Source: a bacterium (GTDB lineage: Bacteria > Patescibacteriota > Patescibacteriia > Veblenbacterales > UBA10138). From it: a stretch of DNA of 57,175 bases. Where the stretch lies: contig JAGVEX010000020.1 of assembly GCA_020057885.1 (NCBI GenBank), positions 1 to 57,175 of the forward strand. The letters are read 5' to 3'. The translations under genes and the position numbers were made by a program. The notes beneath the pieces were generated by a model. The model was not told the DNA's origin, searched no databases, and saw only the letters and a list, made by a program, of their open reading frames with translations. Positions 19,575 to 32,029 of the stretch are shown here, in pieces. The first letter of the stretch is position 1. Every line of letters begins with the position of its first letter.

Positions 19575-22565
19575 TTATCCTAAATGTTGATATTTACAAC
19601 CTTCATGGTCCTTGTGTATAGCGATAAAAGAATTTTGTTTAACTGCTTCAATAATCTTTTTAATCTCATTTGTATACTCTTCTTTAAGAGAATCAATTTG
19701 CTCTTTAGTGGCTATAAAAGTTTCCGAAAATTTATTTGGCTCTAAATACCAATATCGTTCGTCCAATACTTTTTCGCGCAAAAATTCTTCTGCTGCAATT
19801 TGGTAAATAATAAGCTGATCTTTGTCCACCTTTTCTAAACCACTCTTCGGCTCGCCACCAGTTTTATAATCATAAATTACTACCCCGCCCTGAGCCTGAT
19901 CAATGCGGTCAATTTTACCAGTAAATTTATATGGCCCCATAGCTATTTTAAACATTTGCTCTAAAAATTTCGGCTTGGGCGGCGAGGCTAAAAACTCTTC
20001 ATAAAAATTTTTAAGCTGTTTGGGCGCGCGCACTGTGCGATATTCCTGTTTTTGCGGCTTGTCCAAATACCAATCATCTAACCAAGAAGATTCAAAAATC
20101 GCTTTTAATTCATGCTCGGTTGGAACCGAAACTTTACCACTTGCTTTGGTGTCGCCAAATAAACCACCTTGCACCACGCCTTGCCGTGATTGCCATAATT
20201 TTAAAAACTGCTCAAAAGTTCTGTGCATTGTTATACCAAAACTCAAAGCCGCTGCTCCCGGAGTTGGCAAACGCAATAGGTAGCGGTATTTATACTCCAA
20301 AGGACATTTACGAAAAGCAGAAACCGAACTAAAAGAAAAATTTTCTGGTATTGGATACGTCGCCTTGCCCTTGGTAATAATCTCTGGCAAACTCGGTTTA
20401 ATTTTAGTCGGTGCCGCTTTAAATTCTTCCTCGCTCACAAAGCCAAGTTCATATAAGAAACGCGAGGGTTTGCGCGTAGTTTTGCCAAAATAATCCTCAG
20501 CGCGGGTTAGATAAATACCGTCGCGCGCGCGAGTTAGACCCACATAAAACAAACGCCGCTCTTCTTGTAAATGCACATCGCCTTCGGGTAAAACTTCTTT
20601 TATTAATTCGCGCGGCAATTCAATTGGTTCACGCCGTTCAGTGGAAGGAAATCGCCTATCCACCAGCTGTACCACAAAAACATATTTCCACTCCAAACCT
20701 TTGGCCGAATGCACGGTAATAACTTTTACTGTATCGGGACCTTCTTCAAAATTTTGCGGCAGTTGGCCTTCTTCGCCAGATTCAAGCTCCAGCTCCAAAT
20801 ACTTCAAAAAATTATTTAAATTGTGAATCGGAGTATCTACTTCAAAACGCTTTAAACGGTCATAAAAACTTGTTAAATAAGAAGCTTCGCGCACCAATGC
20901 CGGATGAGCCACTCTTTCGTTAATTCCTAAATCCTCCACCACGCGCACATAAACCTCACTCGCGGGCCGCTCCCGCGCTATGGCAGTATGTTTTTCCAAC
21001 AATTCCAATAAATTACTGGCTACTCTTATTCCGTTCTCGCCAAGTGAAATAGTACGTGCCATTTTAAGCGCTTCATAAAGTGAAATTGTTTTCCGGTTAG
21101 CAAAATAAATAAGTTTAGCTACATCCTCCGCCGGCATCTGGAATGGTTCCATATTTAAAACGCGGTACAAAGCTTCGGCCTCGTGATAATTATCTAAAAG
21201 TTTAAGGTAACTAATAATGTCCAAAATAATAGACTCATTATAAAGTCCACGGTTGGCCACATAATCAAATGGCAACTGACGCGCTTTTAAGGCCTGCAAA
21301 AAAATCTGCGCGGATGAATTAGCGCGTACTAAAATGGCAAAATCGCTCCAGCTGGCGCCATCTTTTGCTTGCAGTTCCACAATTTTATTAATCACTCCTT
21401 CGGCTTCGGCTTGCGCTGTTTTATACGGATAATAACCAACATCGCCTTTACCTTTCCGTTCCGCTACTAATTTTTTCGACAAACTTTTACCCTTGGTAGC
21501 CAGCCTTACCTCTAAACGATAAGGATTATTAAGCTGAATAAATTCGTAAGCTGTGTCTAAAATATTTTGATAACTGCGATAACTGGTCGTGAGAAAAATT
21601 TCACGGGCCTGAGGATAATCTTGTTTAAATTCTAAAATGTTGGAAATGGAGGCACCGCGGAATTTATAAATTGACTGATCGTCGTCGCCTACTACCGTAA
21701 CATTGTTGCCTGGCGCTGCTAATAATTTAATAAGCTCATACTGAGCATAATTGGTATCTTGAAACTCATCCACTAAAATACATTTAAACTGTTTACGTAA
21801 ATACTCTAATACTTGTGGTCGCTCACGCAAAAGTTTTAAGGGATAATTAATAAGATCACCAAAATCCAAAGCACCATCATCTAGTAATAATTGTTGGTAA
21901 ACACTATAAGCCCGCGCTACTTCACCAAGACGTAAACTTTCTGACTCCTCAACATCGGCCAAATTATCGTTTTTAACTTTGATTTTATTTTTTCTTTTTC
22001 CTTTTTTTAAATATTCACCAGCTCCAGTATTCAATTTTTTATCCTCAGCAAATTTTAAATAATTATCAGGATATACTTCTTCGTCTTTAGCGCGGGAAAA
22101 ATGTTGAACCAAAGCATGAATAAAACGAGTAGGATTACCGAGTGGACGATAATAATCCAAATTAAATTTATCCAAATTATTACGCACCAACATCCATTGT
22201 TCAGTGGCAGTAAGCACACGAAAATTATTTGGCAAACCAATTTCCAAAGCCCAATCTTTTAAAATACGCTCACCAAAAGCATGAAAAGTTGAAATTGGAA
22301 TATTTACATAACCGGTCGGCAAAAGTTTGTCCACCCGCTCCTCCATTTCTAAAGCGGCTTTATCGGTAAAAGTAAGGGCTAAAATCTCCTCTGGTTTAGC
22401 CAAACCCTGTTCAATAAGCCAAGCAATACGGCGCGTAATAACAGTGGTTTTGCCAGTACCTGCGCCGGCCACTATTAAAAGAGGCCCCTCACCATGGGTT
22501 ACGGCCTGTTTTTGCTCAGGATTAAGATCAGCTAATAAATCAGGATTGTTTTTAACTTTCGGCAT
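19575..22565 (-). CDS. UvrD/PcrA-family helicase with C-terminal PD-(D/E)XK nuclease
   Basis: AGAGTGKT, VDEFQD, GDDDQSIYKFRGA, HSAKGLE; C-terminal GKIDRID..DYKTG. Confidence 0.92.
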   Translation of the reverse strand: MPKVKNNPDLLADLNPEQKQAVTHGEGPLLIVAGAGTGKTTVITRRIAWLIEQGLAKPEEILALTFTDKAALEMEERVDKLLPTGYVNIPISTFHAFGERILKDWALEIGLPNNFRVLTATEQWMLVRNNLDKFNLDYYRPLGNPTRFIHALVQHFSRAKDEEVYPDNYLKFAEDKKLNTGAGEYLKKGKRKNKIKVKNDNLADVEESESLRLGEVARAYSVYQQLLLDDGALDFGDLINYPLKLLRERPQVLEYLRKQFKCILVDEFQDTNYAQYELIKLLAAPGNNVTVVGDDDQSIYKFRGASISNILEFKQDYPQAREIFLTTSYRSYQNILDTAYEFIQLNNPYRLEVRLATKGKSLSKKLVAERKGKGDVGYYPYKTAQAEAEGVINKIVELQAKDGASWSDFAILVRANSSAQIFLQALKARQLPFDYVANRGLYNESIILDIISYLKLLDNYHEAEALYRVLNMEPFQMPAEDVAKLIYFANRKTISLYEALKMARTISLGENGIRVASNLLELLEKHTAIARERPASEVYVRVVEDLGINERVAHPALVREASYLTSFYDRLKRFEVDTPIHNLNNFLKYLELELESGEEGQLPQNFEEGPDTVKVITVHSAKGLEWKYVFVVQLVDRRFPSTERREPIELPRELIKEVLPEGDVHLQEERRLFYVGLTRARDGIYLTRAEDYFGKTTRKPSRFLYELGFVSEEEFKAAPTKIKPSLPEIITKGKATYPIPENFSFSSVSAFRKCPLEYKYRYLLRLPTPGAAALSFGITMHRTFEQFLKLWQSRQGVVQGGLFGDTKASGKVSVPTEHELKAIFESSWLDDWYLDKPQKQEYRTVRAPKQLKNFYEEFLASPPKPKFLEQMFKIAMGPYKFTGKIDRIDQAQGGVVIYDYKTGGEPKSGLEKVDKDQLIIYQIAAEEFLREKVLDERYWYLEPNKFSETFIATKEQIDSLKEEYTNEIKKIIEAVKQNSFIAIHKDHEGCKYQHLG

Positions 22566-22630
22566 AACCTAATTTTAGCATGTACCGAATTATAAACAAA
22601 AAACCCGCTGTTAAACGGGTTTTATTATTT

Positions 22631-23077
22631 TTATTCAACTGCTTTGGGGCCTAAATTTTTCCGTTCACGATGTTTGCGCACAACCTTCAAACGAGCTAAT
22701 TCTCTCTCCAATTTAGCAGCTAAACCAGTGTAATCAGTAGTTTCAGTCTTCTTCTCCTGCATTAACTGTCGCGCTTTCTCGCGCGCCTCTTCCGCACGAT
22801 GCTCATCAATTTCTTCTGCTCTCTCAGCAGTATCTGCCAGTACTACTACTTTGCCAGGACGCACCTCAATAAACCCGCCCGAAACTGCCATGCTTACTTC
22901 CTGCCCACCAACTTTAACGCGTATTTCACCAGCCACCAAAGAAGACACCAATGGAATATGATCAGGCAAAATAGTAATCTCACCCATTTGAGTGGGTAAG
23001 ATAATCTCTTCAACTGCCGGCGCTTCAAACACTACGCGTTCCGGAGTGGCAATTTGGAATTCAAGAGTTTTAGGCAT
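22631..23077 (-). CDS. atpC: ATP synthase F1 epsilon
   Basis: TPER, GEITILPDH, VSGGF; operon position. Confidence 0.95.
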   Translation of the reverse strand: MPKTLEFQIATPERVVFEAPAVEEIILPTQMGEITILPDHIPLVSSLVAGEIRVKVGGQEVSMAVSGGFIEVRPGKVVVLADTAERAEEIDEHRAEEAREKARQLMQEKKTETTDYTGLAAKLERELARLKVVRKHRERKNLGPKAVE

Positions 23078-23080
23078 AAA

Positions 23081-23159
23081 TATTATGAATTATGAATCAA
23101 GAATTATGAATTTTAATGCTTTTATTATATTCACTATTCAGTATTCTTGATTCGGTATT

Positions 23160-23160
<1 letters not shown>
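23081..23160. repeat. Heptamer-periodic inverted repeat (TGAATTA/ATTC family)
   Basis: TATGAAT TATGAAT CAAGAAT TATGAAT ... ATTCACT ATTCAGT ATTCTTG ATTCGGT. Confidence 0.7.
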
Positions 23161-25501
<2,341 letters not shown>

Positions 25502-25502
25502 G

Positions 25503-25579
25503 AATTAAATTAAAAATTTAAAAATCAAAAATTAAAATTATTTATAATTACAATCATTTTTCATTTTGATTTTTGCATT
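25503..25579. repeat. AT-rich heptamer-type repeat; related copies at 27085-27135 and 28058-28243
   Basis: TAAAAATCAAAAATTAAAATTATTTATAA shared with 28175 onward. Confidence 0.75.
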
Positions 25580-27076
25580 TTACATTTTCTTTACATCGGC
25601 AATCACTTTTTTCAATCCCTCTTCAATTTCTGGCGTTAGCTCTTTCTTTTCTTGCAACTCTTTTAACACTGGCTGTGATTTTAAATAATCATGAAAGCGT
25701 TTTTCCCAATTACGAATTTCTTCAACCGGCACTTCATCTAGGTGCCCGTTAACCACGGCGTACAAAATAGCAACCTGATTAAACACTGACATTGGTTCAT
25801 ACTGACCCTGTTTTAATATTTCAGTAATTCTCTTGCCTCGTTCAATTTGCTTTTTAGTAGCTTCATCCAAATCCGAACCAAACTGAGCAAACGCAGCTAA
25901 CTCGCGGAACTGCGCTAAATCAAGTCTTAATTTACCTGCTACTTTTTTCATAGCTTTAAGCTGAGCGGCCGAACCAACGCGTGAAACTGACAAACCAATA
26001 TTCAAAGCTGGGCGAATACCCTGGAAAAACAAATCACTTTCCAAATAAATTTGCCCATCGGTAATAGAAATAACATTGGTGGGAATATAAGCCGACACGT
26101 CACCTGATTGAGTTTCAATAATAGGAAGTGCGGTAAGCGAACCACCACCGTTATCTTTATTTAGTTTAGCCGAACGCTCCAAAAGCCTGGAGTGCAAATA
26201 AAAAATATCTCCCGGATAAGCTTCTCGTCCTGGTGGGCGTCGCAGTAAGAGGGAAATTTGCCTGTATGCCACGGCGTGCTTGGAAAGATCATCGTAAATC
26301 ACTAAAACATCTTTGCCTTGGTCCATAAAATACTCACCCATCGCGCATCCAGAGTAAGGCGCCAAAAAAGAGAGTGAGGCCGGATGTGAGGCGCCAGCTA
26401 CTACCACAGTGGTATATTCCATAGCGCCGTGTTCTTCTAATTTAGCCACAATTTTTGCTATCTTAGATTCTTTTTGCGCCACCGCTACATAAATACAAAT
26501 TACATTCTGGCCTTTTTGATTAATAATAGCGTCAATCGCTAGAGCAGTTTTACCTGTTTGCCTATCACCAATAATAAGTTCACGCTGCCCACGACCAATG
26601 GGAATCATTGAGTCAATTGCCTTAATACCAGTTTGCAGTGGAGTAGTTACAGATTGACGTGTAATAACGCGCGGTGCGATTTTTTCCACTGGATAATAAG
26701 TGGTAGCCTTAATTTCACCCTTGCCGTCAACTGGCTCACCCAAAGGATTAACCACGCGACCAATAATACCAGGGCCTACTGGCACCGAAAGAATTTTACC
26801 GGTTGATTTTACAGTATCACCTTCTTTAATCTCTAAATAATCACCCAAAATCATAGCACCCACTTGATTTTCCTCAAGATTTAGGGCTACACCTTTAATA
26901 CCATGGGTAAATTCCAACATTTCCGAAGACACACATTCGGCTAAACCGGAAATTTTGGCAATACCATCGCCTATCTCCACTACTGTACCAACTTTAGTCT
27001 CGGTAACTTTGGCCTCAAAACCCTTAAGCTCTGCTTCGAGTGTTTTTAATAATGCATCTTTGGTTGAATCTGACAT
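25580..27076 (-). CDS. atpA: ATP synthase F1 alpha
   Basis: [18 protein letters not shown]. Confidence 0.98.
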   Translation of the reverse strand: MSDSTKDALLKTLEAELKGFEAKVTETKVGTVVEIGDGIAKISGLAECVSSEMLEFTHGIKGVALNLEENQVGAMILGDYLEIKEGDTVKSTGKILSVPVGPGIIGRVVNPLGEPVDGKGEIKATTYYPVEKIAPRVITRQSVTTPLQTGIKAIDSMIPIGRGQRELIIGDRQTGKTALAIDAIINQKGQNVICIYVAVAQKESKIAKIVAKLEEHGAMEYTTVVVAGASHPASLSFLAPYSGCAMGEYFMDQGKDVLVIYDDLSKHAVAYRQISLLLRRPPGREAYPGDIFYLHSRLLERSAKLNKDNGGGSLTALPIIETQSGDVSAYIPTNVISITDGQIYLESDLFFQGIRPALNIGLSVSRVGSAAQLKAMKKVAGKLRLDLAQFRELAAFAQFGSDLDEATKKQIERGKRITEILKQGQYEPMSVFNQVAILYAVVNGHLDEVPVEEIRNWEKRFHDYLKSQPVLKELQEKKELTPEIEEGLKKVIADVKKM

Positions 27077-27125
27077 AAATATGAAATTAAATCTTCAATT
27101 TAAAATTAAAAGTCAAAAATTAAAA

Positions 27126-27545
27126 TTAATTATTTTCAGAATTTGCTCCGCCAGCAAGTTTTTGGTAAAGCGCATCCAAACGGCCCTTTAATGAAGCATC
27201 ATATCGCCTATCATTCATAGTTATAATTATACCCGACAATAAATGAGGTTTAATTGTTTCCTTAAGTTCAATATCTTTATTTAAACTAGATTTTAATTGG
27301 CGTTTAATATGTGCCCTTACAGTGTCGCTTAGTGGTTTGGCAGTAGTCACATCCACTATCACTTTACCTTCTTGTTCGTGCTGCAATCTTTCTACTTCGG
27401 CTAAAATTCGACGCTTCCAAGACAAATGCCTATGCTTCCACACTACCTGCCAAAATTTATTAGCCAGTTCAGGCAATTTAGCTGCTGTAGTTTGGTGCGC
27501 AGCAGATAAATAAGCGTTAGCGTAAGTGGTGGGTGAAAATTTCAT
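27126..27545 (-). CDS. atpH: ATP synthase F1 delta (short form)
   Basis: YANAYL, VTTAKPL, YDASLKGRL; between atpF and atpA. Confidence 0.85.
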   Translation of the reverse strand: MKFSPTTYANAYLSAAHQTTAAKLPELANKFWQVVWKHRHLSWKRRILAEVERLQHEQEGKVIVDVTTAKPLSDTVRAHIKRQLKSSLNKDIELKETIKPHLLSGIIITMNDRRYDASLKGRLDALYQKLAGGANSENN

Positions 27546-27550
27546 AATAA

Positions 27551-28054
27551 TTAATTACGTTTAGCAACCTCTTGCACTGCTTCTTCTACTAATTTTTTAT
27601 CAATCTCACTGGCTGACAATTTACCAACTACTTTAGTAACAGCTTGTACCACCAACTTGGCGGCCTCACGGCGCATTTCCCGCATTGCTTCAACTTGCTC
27701 AGCCTCAAACTTGCTTCGGGCTTCTGAAATTACGCGTTCAGCTTCGGCGCGTACACGAATCAAAGTTTCTTGACGCTGTTTTTCGGCCTGCACTTCGGCC
27801 TCTTTCAAAATAGCCTGCGCTCCTCGTTTAGCCTCGATTAAAACTTCTTCTCTTTTAACTTCAATGGCTTTAAGCTCTGTTTCAATCCTTTGCGCTTCTT
27901 GTAAACTATGCTCAATGCGTTGGCGTCGTTGTTCTAAAAACTTAAGCAATGGTTTGTATAAAAATTTATACAGCACCGCCAGTACAATTAAAAAATTTAC
28001 TGCTTGCGCTATAAGTAACCGCCAATCAATACCAAGTTTAGTTAATAATTCCAT
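27551..28054 (-). CDS. atpF: ATP synthase Fo b
   Basis: AQAVNFLIV..LYKPL..RRQRI followed by coiled coil. Confidence 0.95.
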   Translation of the reverse strand: MELLTKLGIDWRLLIAQAVNFLIVLAVLYKFLYKPLLKFLEQRRQRIEHSLQEAQRIETELKAIEVKREEVLIEAKRGAQAILKEAEVQAEKQRQETLIRVRAEAERVISEARSKFEAEQVEAMREMRREAAKLVVQAVTKVVGKLSASEIDKKLVEEAVQEVAKRN

Positions 28055-28071
28055 AATTTAAAATTAAAATT

Positions 28072-28174
28072 CCCGCCTGCCTAAGCCTGCGCTCAGATAA
28101 GCGTTGATGGATAAATAATTAGATTTAATGATAAATAACATATGATTGATTAAATAAGGCAGATGGCGGGCAGG
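28072..28174. mobile_element. ~103-bp MITE-like insertion with GC-rich inverted ends
   Basis: CCCGCCTGCCT...AGGCAGATGGCGGGCAGG interrupts a repeat that is uninterrupted at 25511. Confidence 0.6.
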
Positions 28175-28301
28175 TAAAAATCAAAAATTAAAATTATTTA
28201 TAACTACAATTATTTTTCATTTTGATATTTACATTTTTCATTAACAATCAGCACTTCAGGCTTACCATCGTAATTGATAGTAAGCCAGGAAGTAACGACT
28301 A

Positions 28302-28571
28302 TTATACAAACTTAATAATGAGTGCCATTACTAAGGCATAAATGGCAATAGCTTCACAAAAAGCTGTTGCCAAAATCATGGCTGTTTGCACTTTAGCTGC
28401 GGCCTCTGGATTACGACCAATGGCGGTCATAGCAGAAGAGGCTAACTTGCCGATAGCCAAGGCTGGCACCATACCACCAATAGCAATGGTAGCACCTGAG
28501 GCAATTCCCTTTATAACATCTGGGCTAAAAGCGGAAACGGCCACATTAATTGTTTCTAATTCTGCTGCCAT
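28302..28571 (-). CDS. atpE: ATP synthase Fo c
   Basis: GRNPE loop and conserved Glu in FCEAIAIY. Confidence 0.95.
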   Translation of the reverse strand: MAAELETINVAVSAFSPDVIKGIASGATIAIGGMVPALAIGKLASSAMTAIGRNPEAAAKVQTAMILATAFCEAIAIYALVMALIIKFV

Positions 28572-28700
28572 ATTTTTACCTTTCTTGCAAGATTGTTTGC
28601 TACGGCTAATAATTTTTTATTTTAAGCCGTCAAACAAACTTACGGTTAATTAGTGATTAGTAAATGGATTTGTATTTAAAACCCATTTATCAAGCGCCAA

Positions 28701-29474
28701 TTAATGTTCAGCGTGCTCCTCAGTGCCAATAGTAAGAAAAACTAATGTCAAAAGCGAAAAAACCAAAGCCTGCACCATCCCTACAAAAATTTCTAAAAAC
28801 AAAAAAGGAATCGGCGCTAAGTACGGCACTAATGCAGAAATAACAATCAACAACACTTCACCGGCAAAAACATTGCCAAATAATCGAAAGGAAAAAGAGA
28901 CAACTCTGGCTACTTCACCTATTAATTCAAGAAAACCCACAAAAAACATAATGACGTTCTGAAAACTGAAATGTTTTATTAAACCACGAAAATTAATATA
29001 TTTACTAGCGTGTTTAATAAAACCAAGGGCTATAATTCCAAAAAACTGTGTGCCAAGCACCGAAATAAGCGCGATTGCCAAAGTGGTATTAAGATCAGCC
29101 GAGGCAGAACGGAAAAATGGAACTAAGATACTTGCGCCAGCGTGCTCTTCCCACAAACCAATTGAGCCAACTCCTGGTAATAAACCAAACCAGTTAGAAA
29201 GTAAAACAAAAAAGAAAATAGTGGCGACTAATGGAAAAAATCGTTTAGCTTTTTCCTTATTACCAGTCACGCCTTCAACAAATTGAATGCCACCCTCCAT
29301 TATAGTCTCCAATAAATTTTGGAAACCTCCTGGCACATCAGCTAAAACTCGGCGGCGAAATGCTAGTGATACAGTCACAAAACCAAACATTAATATTACA
29401 GCTACTATAAATGAGTTCGTAACAGGAAACGATCCGAGATGTAAAATTGGTTCAGCTGCCAAAGAAATGTTCAT
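28701..29474 (-). CDS. atpB: ATP synthase Fo a
   Basis: ADLNTT, SFSFRLFGN, VQALVF. Confidence 0.96.
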   Translation of the reverse strand: MNISLAAEPILHLGSFPVTNSFIVAVILMFGFVTVSLAFRRRVLADVPGGFQNLLETIMEGGIQFVEGVTGNKEKAKRFFPLVATIFFFVLLSNWFGLLPGVGSIGLWEEHAGASILVPFFRSASADLNTTLAIALISVLGTQFFGIIALGFIKHASKYINFRGLIKHFSFQNVIMFFVGFLELIGEVARVVSFSFRLFGNVFAGEVLLIVISALVPYLAPIPFLFLEIFVGMVQALVFSLLTLVFLTIGTEEHAEH

Positions 29475-29496
29475 AACACACTAATAAATTTACAAA

Positions 29497-29790
29497 TTAT
29501 TTGGAAGTGGAATTAATGCGTTCTTTATTCTCTTTTTGAATTTTATCTTCTGCCAAAGCCGCGTTCATAATAGATTGCGTTTTTTTTACAACCAAAATAC
29601 TGGAAATTGCAATTGAAAGTATCACGCCTGTTAAAAAAAGCCACGGACCAGTATTAAGCCATTTATCCGCGAATCTGCCCAAAAGCGCTAAACCTACCAA
29701 AGGAACTGCGATAGTATAACCAAGCTCCCAAGCCAAACCTAGTGCTTGCCAAAGGGCAGAGTGAGTTGATTTATCAAGTGGTTTTAACAT
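29497..29790 (-). CDS. AtpZ/AtpI family protein
   Basis: ELGYTIAVP..GRFADKWL; first gene of the atp operon. Confidence 0.85.
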   Translation of the reverse strand: MLKPLDKSTHSALWQALGLAWELGYTIAVPLVGLALLGRFADKWLNTGPWLFLTGVILSIAISSILVVKKTQSIMNAALAEDKIQKENKERINSTSK

Positions 29791-29972
29791 GGAGGGAAAT
29801 TAAGTAATAATATAAACTTCGATGGTTTATTATAGCCCGATAAGTTACATTAGTCAATGATTGAAAAAAAATTTGGCTAAGATAAAACAAAAAATGGCTA
29901 TCTAGCCGATTTTTTAGCCATTTTTAGAGGTTCACTATATGAGTATCTAAAGATCGGTCCCATTATCCTATT

Positions 29973-31028
29973 TTACACCTCTTCTGTATTTTTTGGCTTA
30001 TCTATTAATATTGGTTCAACACCGACCGCTTCACCAGAAATTCTTAAAACATCCGTATCAATATACTTAAGACGTTTAGATGCCTCGTTATAACTATCAA
30101 CCGTTCGATCCAAATTACCGCCAATTTTTTTAAAATATTCATTATACGCGGCTATGTGTTTTCCAAGCGCTTCAACATTTTTACGTATCTCTTTTGCTGA
30201 TTCCTCGATCTCCATTCCGCGTAAACCTTGAAGCACTGTCTGCAAATAGGCAAGAAAAGATGTTGGCGAAACTATAATAACCTTATACTTGCCAGCGGCA
30301 CGTTGTATAAGATTCTCCGTGTCTTCTGTTATAGCTCCTACCTTATTAATAAGAAGGTCATAATAAATAGCTTCATGTGGAATAAACATAAATGCAAAGT
30401 CAGTTGTTCCTTCTTCGGGACGGATATATTTAGATGTTTCTACAATACGATTTTTCAAATCATTTACAAACGCTTTTTCCAATCGTTCTTTTTCCGACAC
30501 ATCTCGCGCCTCAATTAATCTGTTATAATTCTCAAGTGAAAACTTCGAATCAATTGGAACAATCTTTTTATCCTTTCTAATTGAAACAAAAACGGCTGCA
30601 TCTACAATATTACCATCTTTAAAAGGGTACTGCATTTTATACATTTCTGGTGGTAAAATATTTTTCAACAATGTTTCTAAATAGTACTCACCCAAAACGC
30701 CACGTTGCTTGGGGTTCTTAAGAATATCTTGTAAACTTTGTAGCTGGTCGGCAAAATTAACCACCTGACGATTTGTTTCGTCGAGCTTTACTAAACGTTC
30801 CGTAACATCACGAATAATTTTAGCTGACTCACCAAACTGATTCTGCATCATCTTAGTAGATTCCCCTAGCTTGTTATCTAAGGTACGGGTTATCTCATTA
30901 AGCTGATTTTGCAATAGTAATAAAGAACTCCCATCAGCTTGCCCTGAACCGCGTGATTTAAGGAATAAAAATAAAGCAACAAACCCGCCTATTACGATAA
31001 TCAAAAGTATAATAAATTCCAAACTCAT
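29973..31028 (-). CDS. rmuC: DNA recombination protein RmuC
   Basis: NPKQRGVLGE, IDSKF, TTDFAFMFIP, VSPTS. Confidence 0.93.
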   Translation of the reverse strand: MSLEFIILLIIVIGGFVALFLFLKSRGSGQADGSSLLLLQNQLNEITRTLDNKLGESTKMMQNQFGESAKIIRDVTERLVKLDETNRQVVNFADQLQSLQDILKNPKQRGVLGEYYLETLLKNILPPEMYKMQYPFKDGNIVDAAVFVSIRKDKKIVPIDSKFSLENYNRLIEARDVSEKERLEKAFVNDLKNRIVETSKYIRPEEGTTDFAFMFIPHEAIYYDLLINKVGAITEDTENLIQRAAGKYKVIIVSPTSFLAYLQTVLQGLRGMEIEESAKEIRKNVEALGKHIAAYNEYFKKIGGNLDRTVDSYNEASKRLKYIDTDVLRISGEAVGVEPILIDKPKNTEEV

Positions 31029-31159
31029 ATAACTATTATAACAGAACTTTATCCTTTTACCATAATCCTATTTAAATGAAATAAAAATTGTACTATACTT
31101 AAAGTAAATCTAACAAAAAGTGCTATTTTCTAAATCAATACCCCTGAAAGGAGTACGCC

Positions 31160-31870
31160 ATGACCAAAGCTCTTGTTTTTAACCGCACTATTTATCTACC
31201 TCTTGTTAGCCGCAATTTAACTATTGCTTTACCTATATCGGTCTCATTTCACTTAGTGTTGATCGCTATTTATTATATTGTCTCATCATTTTCCATTGAA
31301 GAGCAGATAGTAACGATCAGACTAACAAAATATATCGATCTGCCACCTCCGCCATCAATAGATCAGGTTAATAACACACCAATAGTCAATGTTAATACAC
31401 CAACAACAATGGGAAAGGGCATACCTGTTCCTGTACCCGATGCCGACGTTAATCCAGAGCAGACTATTGCCTCACAAATAGATTTAGCCAGACTAACTGG
31501 TCCGACGGATGACATTTTAAATAGTAAATCGCAAGTAGAATTTATTGCTGATGAGATCATAATTGAAGAAGAGTCGTCTTTAGATGCTTTTATACCAGTA
31601 GAAAAACAACCCGTACCAATTACACAAGTAGCGCCATCTTATCCAATAATCGCCCAACGGACAAACATTGAAGGAACTGTTTGGGTAAAAATATTAATTG
31701 ATAAAAATGGTAAAGCTAAAAAAGCAATAGTTATCAAAAGCGATGCAGAAATATTTAACGAAGCAGCAATTCAGGCTGCACTGCAATGGGTGTTTACACC
31801 TGCCATGATGAATAATGGCCCAGTTCAAGTGTGGGCGGCTGTTCCTTTTAAATTTAAATTAAATAAATAG
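31160..31870 (+). CDS. TonB-family energy transducer (TonB C-terminal domain)
   Basis: TM with SxxxH, Pro-rich linker, PSYP..A....IEGTVWV..IDKNG..WVFTPA..PV; GAAAGGAG RBS. Confidence 0.85.
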   Translation: MTKALVFNRTIYLPLVSRNLTIALPISVSFHLVLIAIYYIVSSFSIEEQIVTIRLTKYIDLPPPPSIDQVNNTPIVNVNTPTTMGKGIPVPVPDADVNPEQTIASQIDLARLTGPTDDILNSKSQVEFIADEIIIEEESSLDAFIPVEKQPVPITQVAPSYPIIAQRTNIEGTVWVKILIDKNGKAKKAIVIKSDAEIFNEAAIQAALQWVFTPAMMNNGPVQVWAAVPFKFKLNK

Positions 31871-31945
31871 AGTAAATTTTTTTGCAAAACAAAAATAATC
31901 CCGTGTTTTATTACGCACGGGATTTTTTATAAAACCAACAAAACA

Positions 31946-31989
31946 CCATCCAGTGATTTATGTCCGGCCGGACATAAATCACTGGATGG
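31946..31989. repeat. Perfect 44-bp palindrome
   Basis: CCATCCAGTGATTTATGTCCGG|CCGGACATAAATCACTGGATGG. Confidence 0.9.
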
Positions 31990-32029
31990 GAAATTACGTA
32001 CACGAAGGCGAATAAAGATTGTTTTAGTA

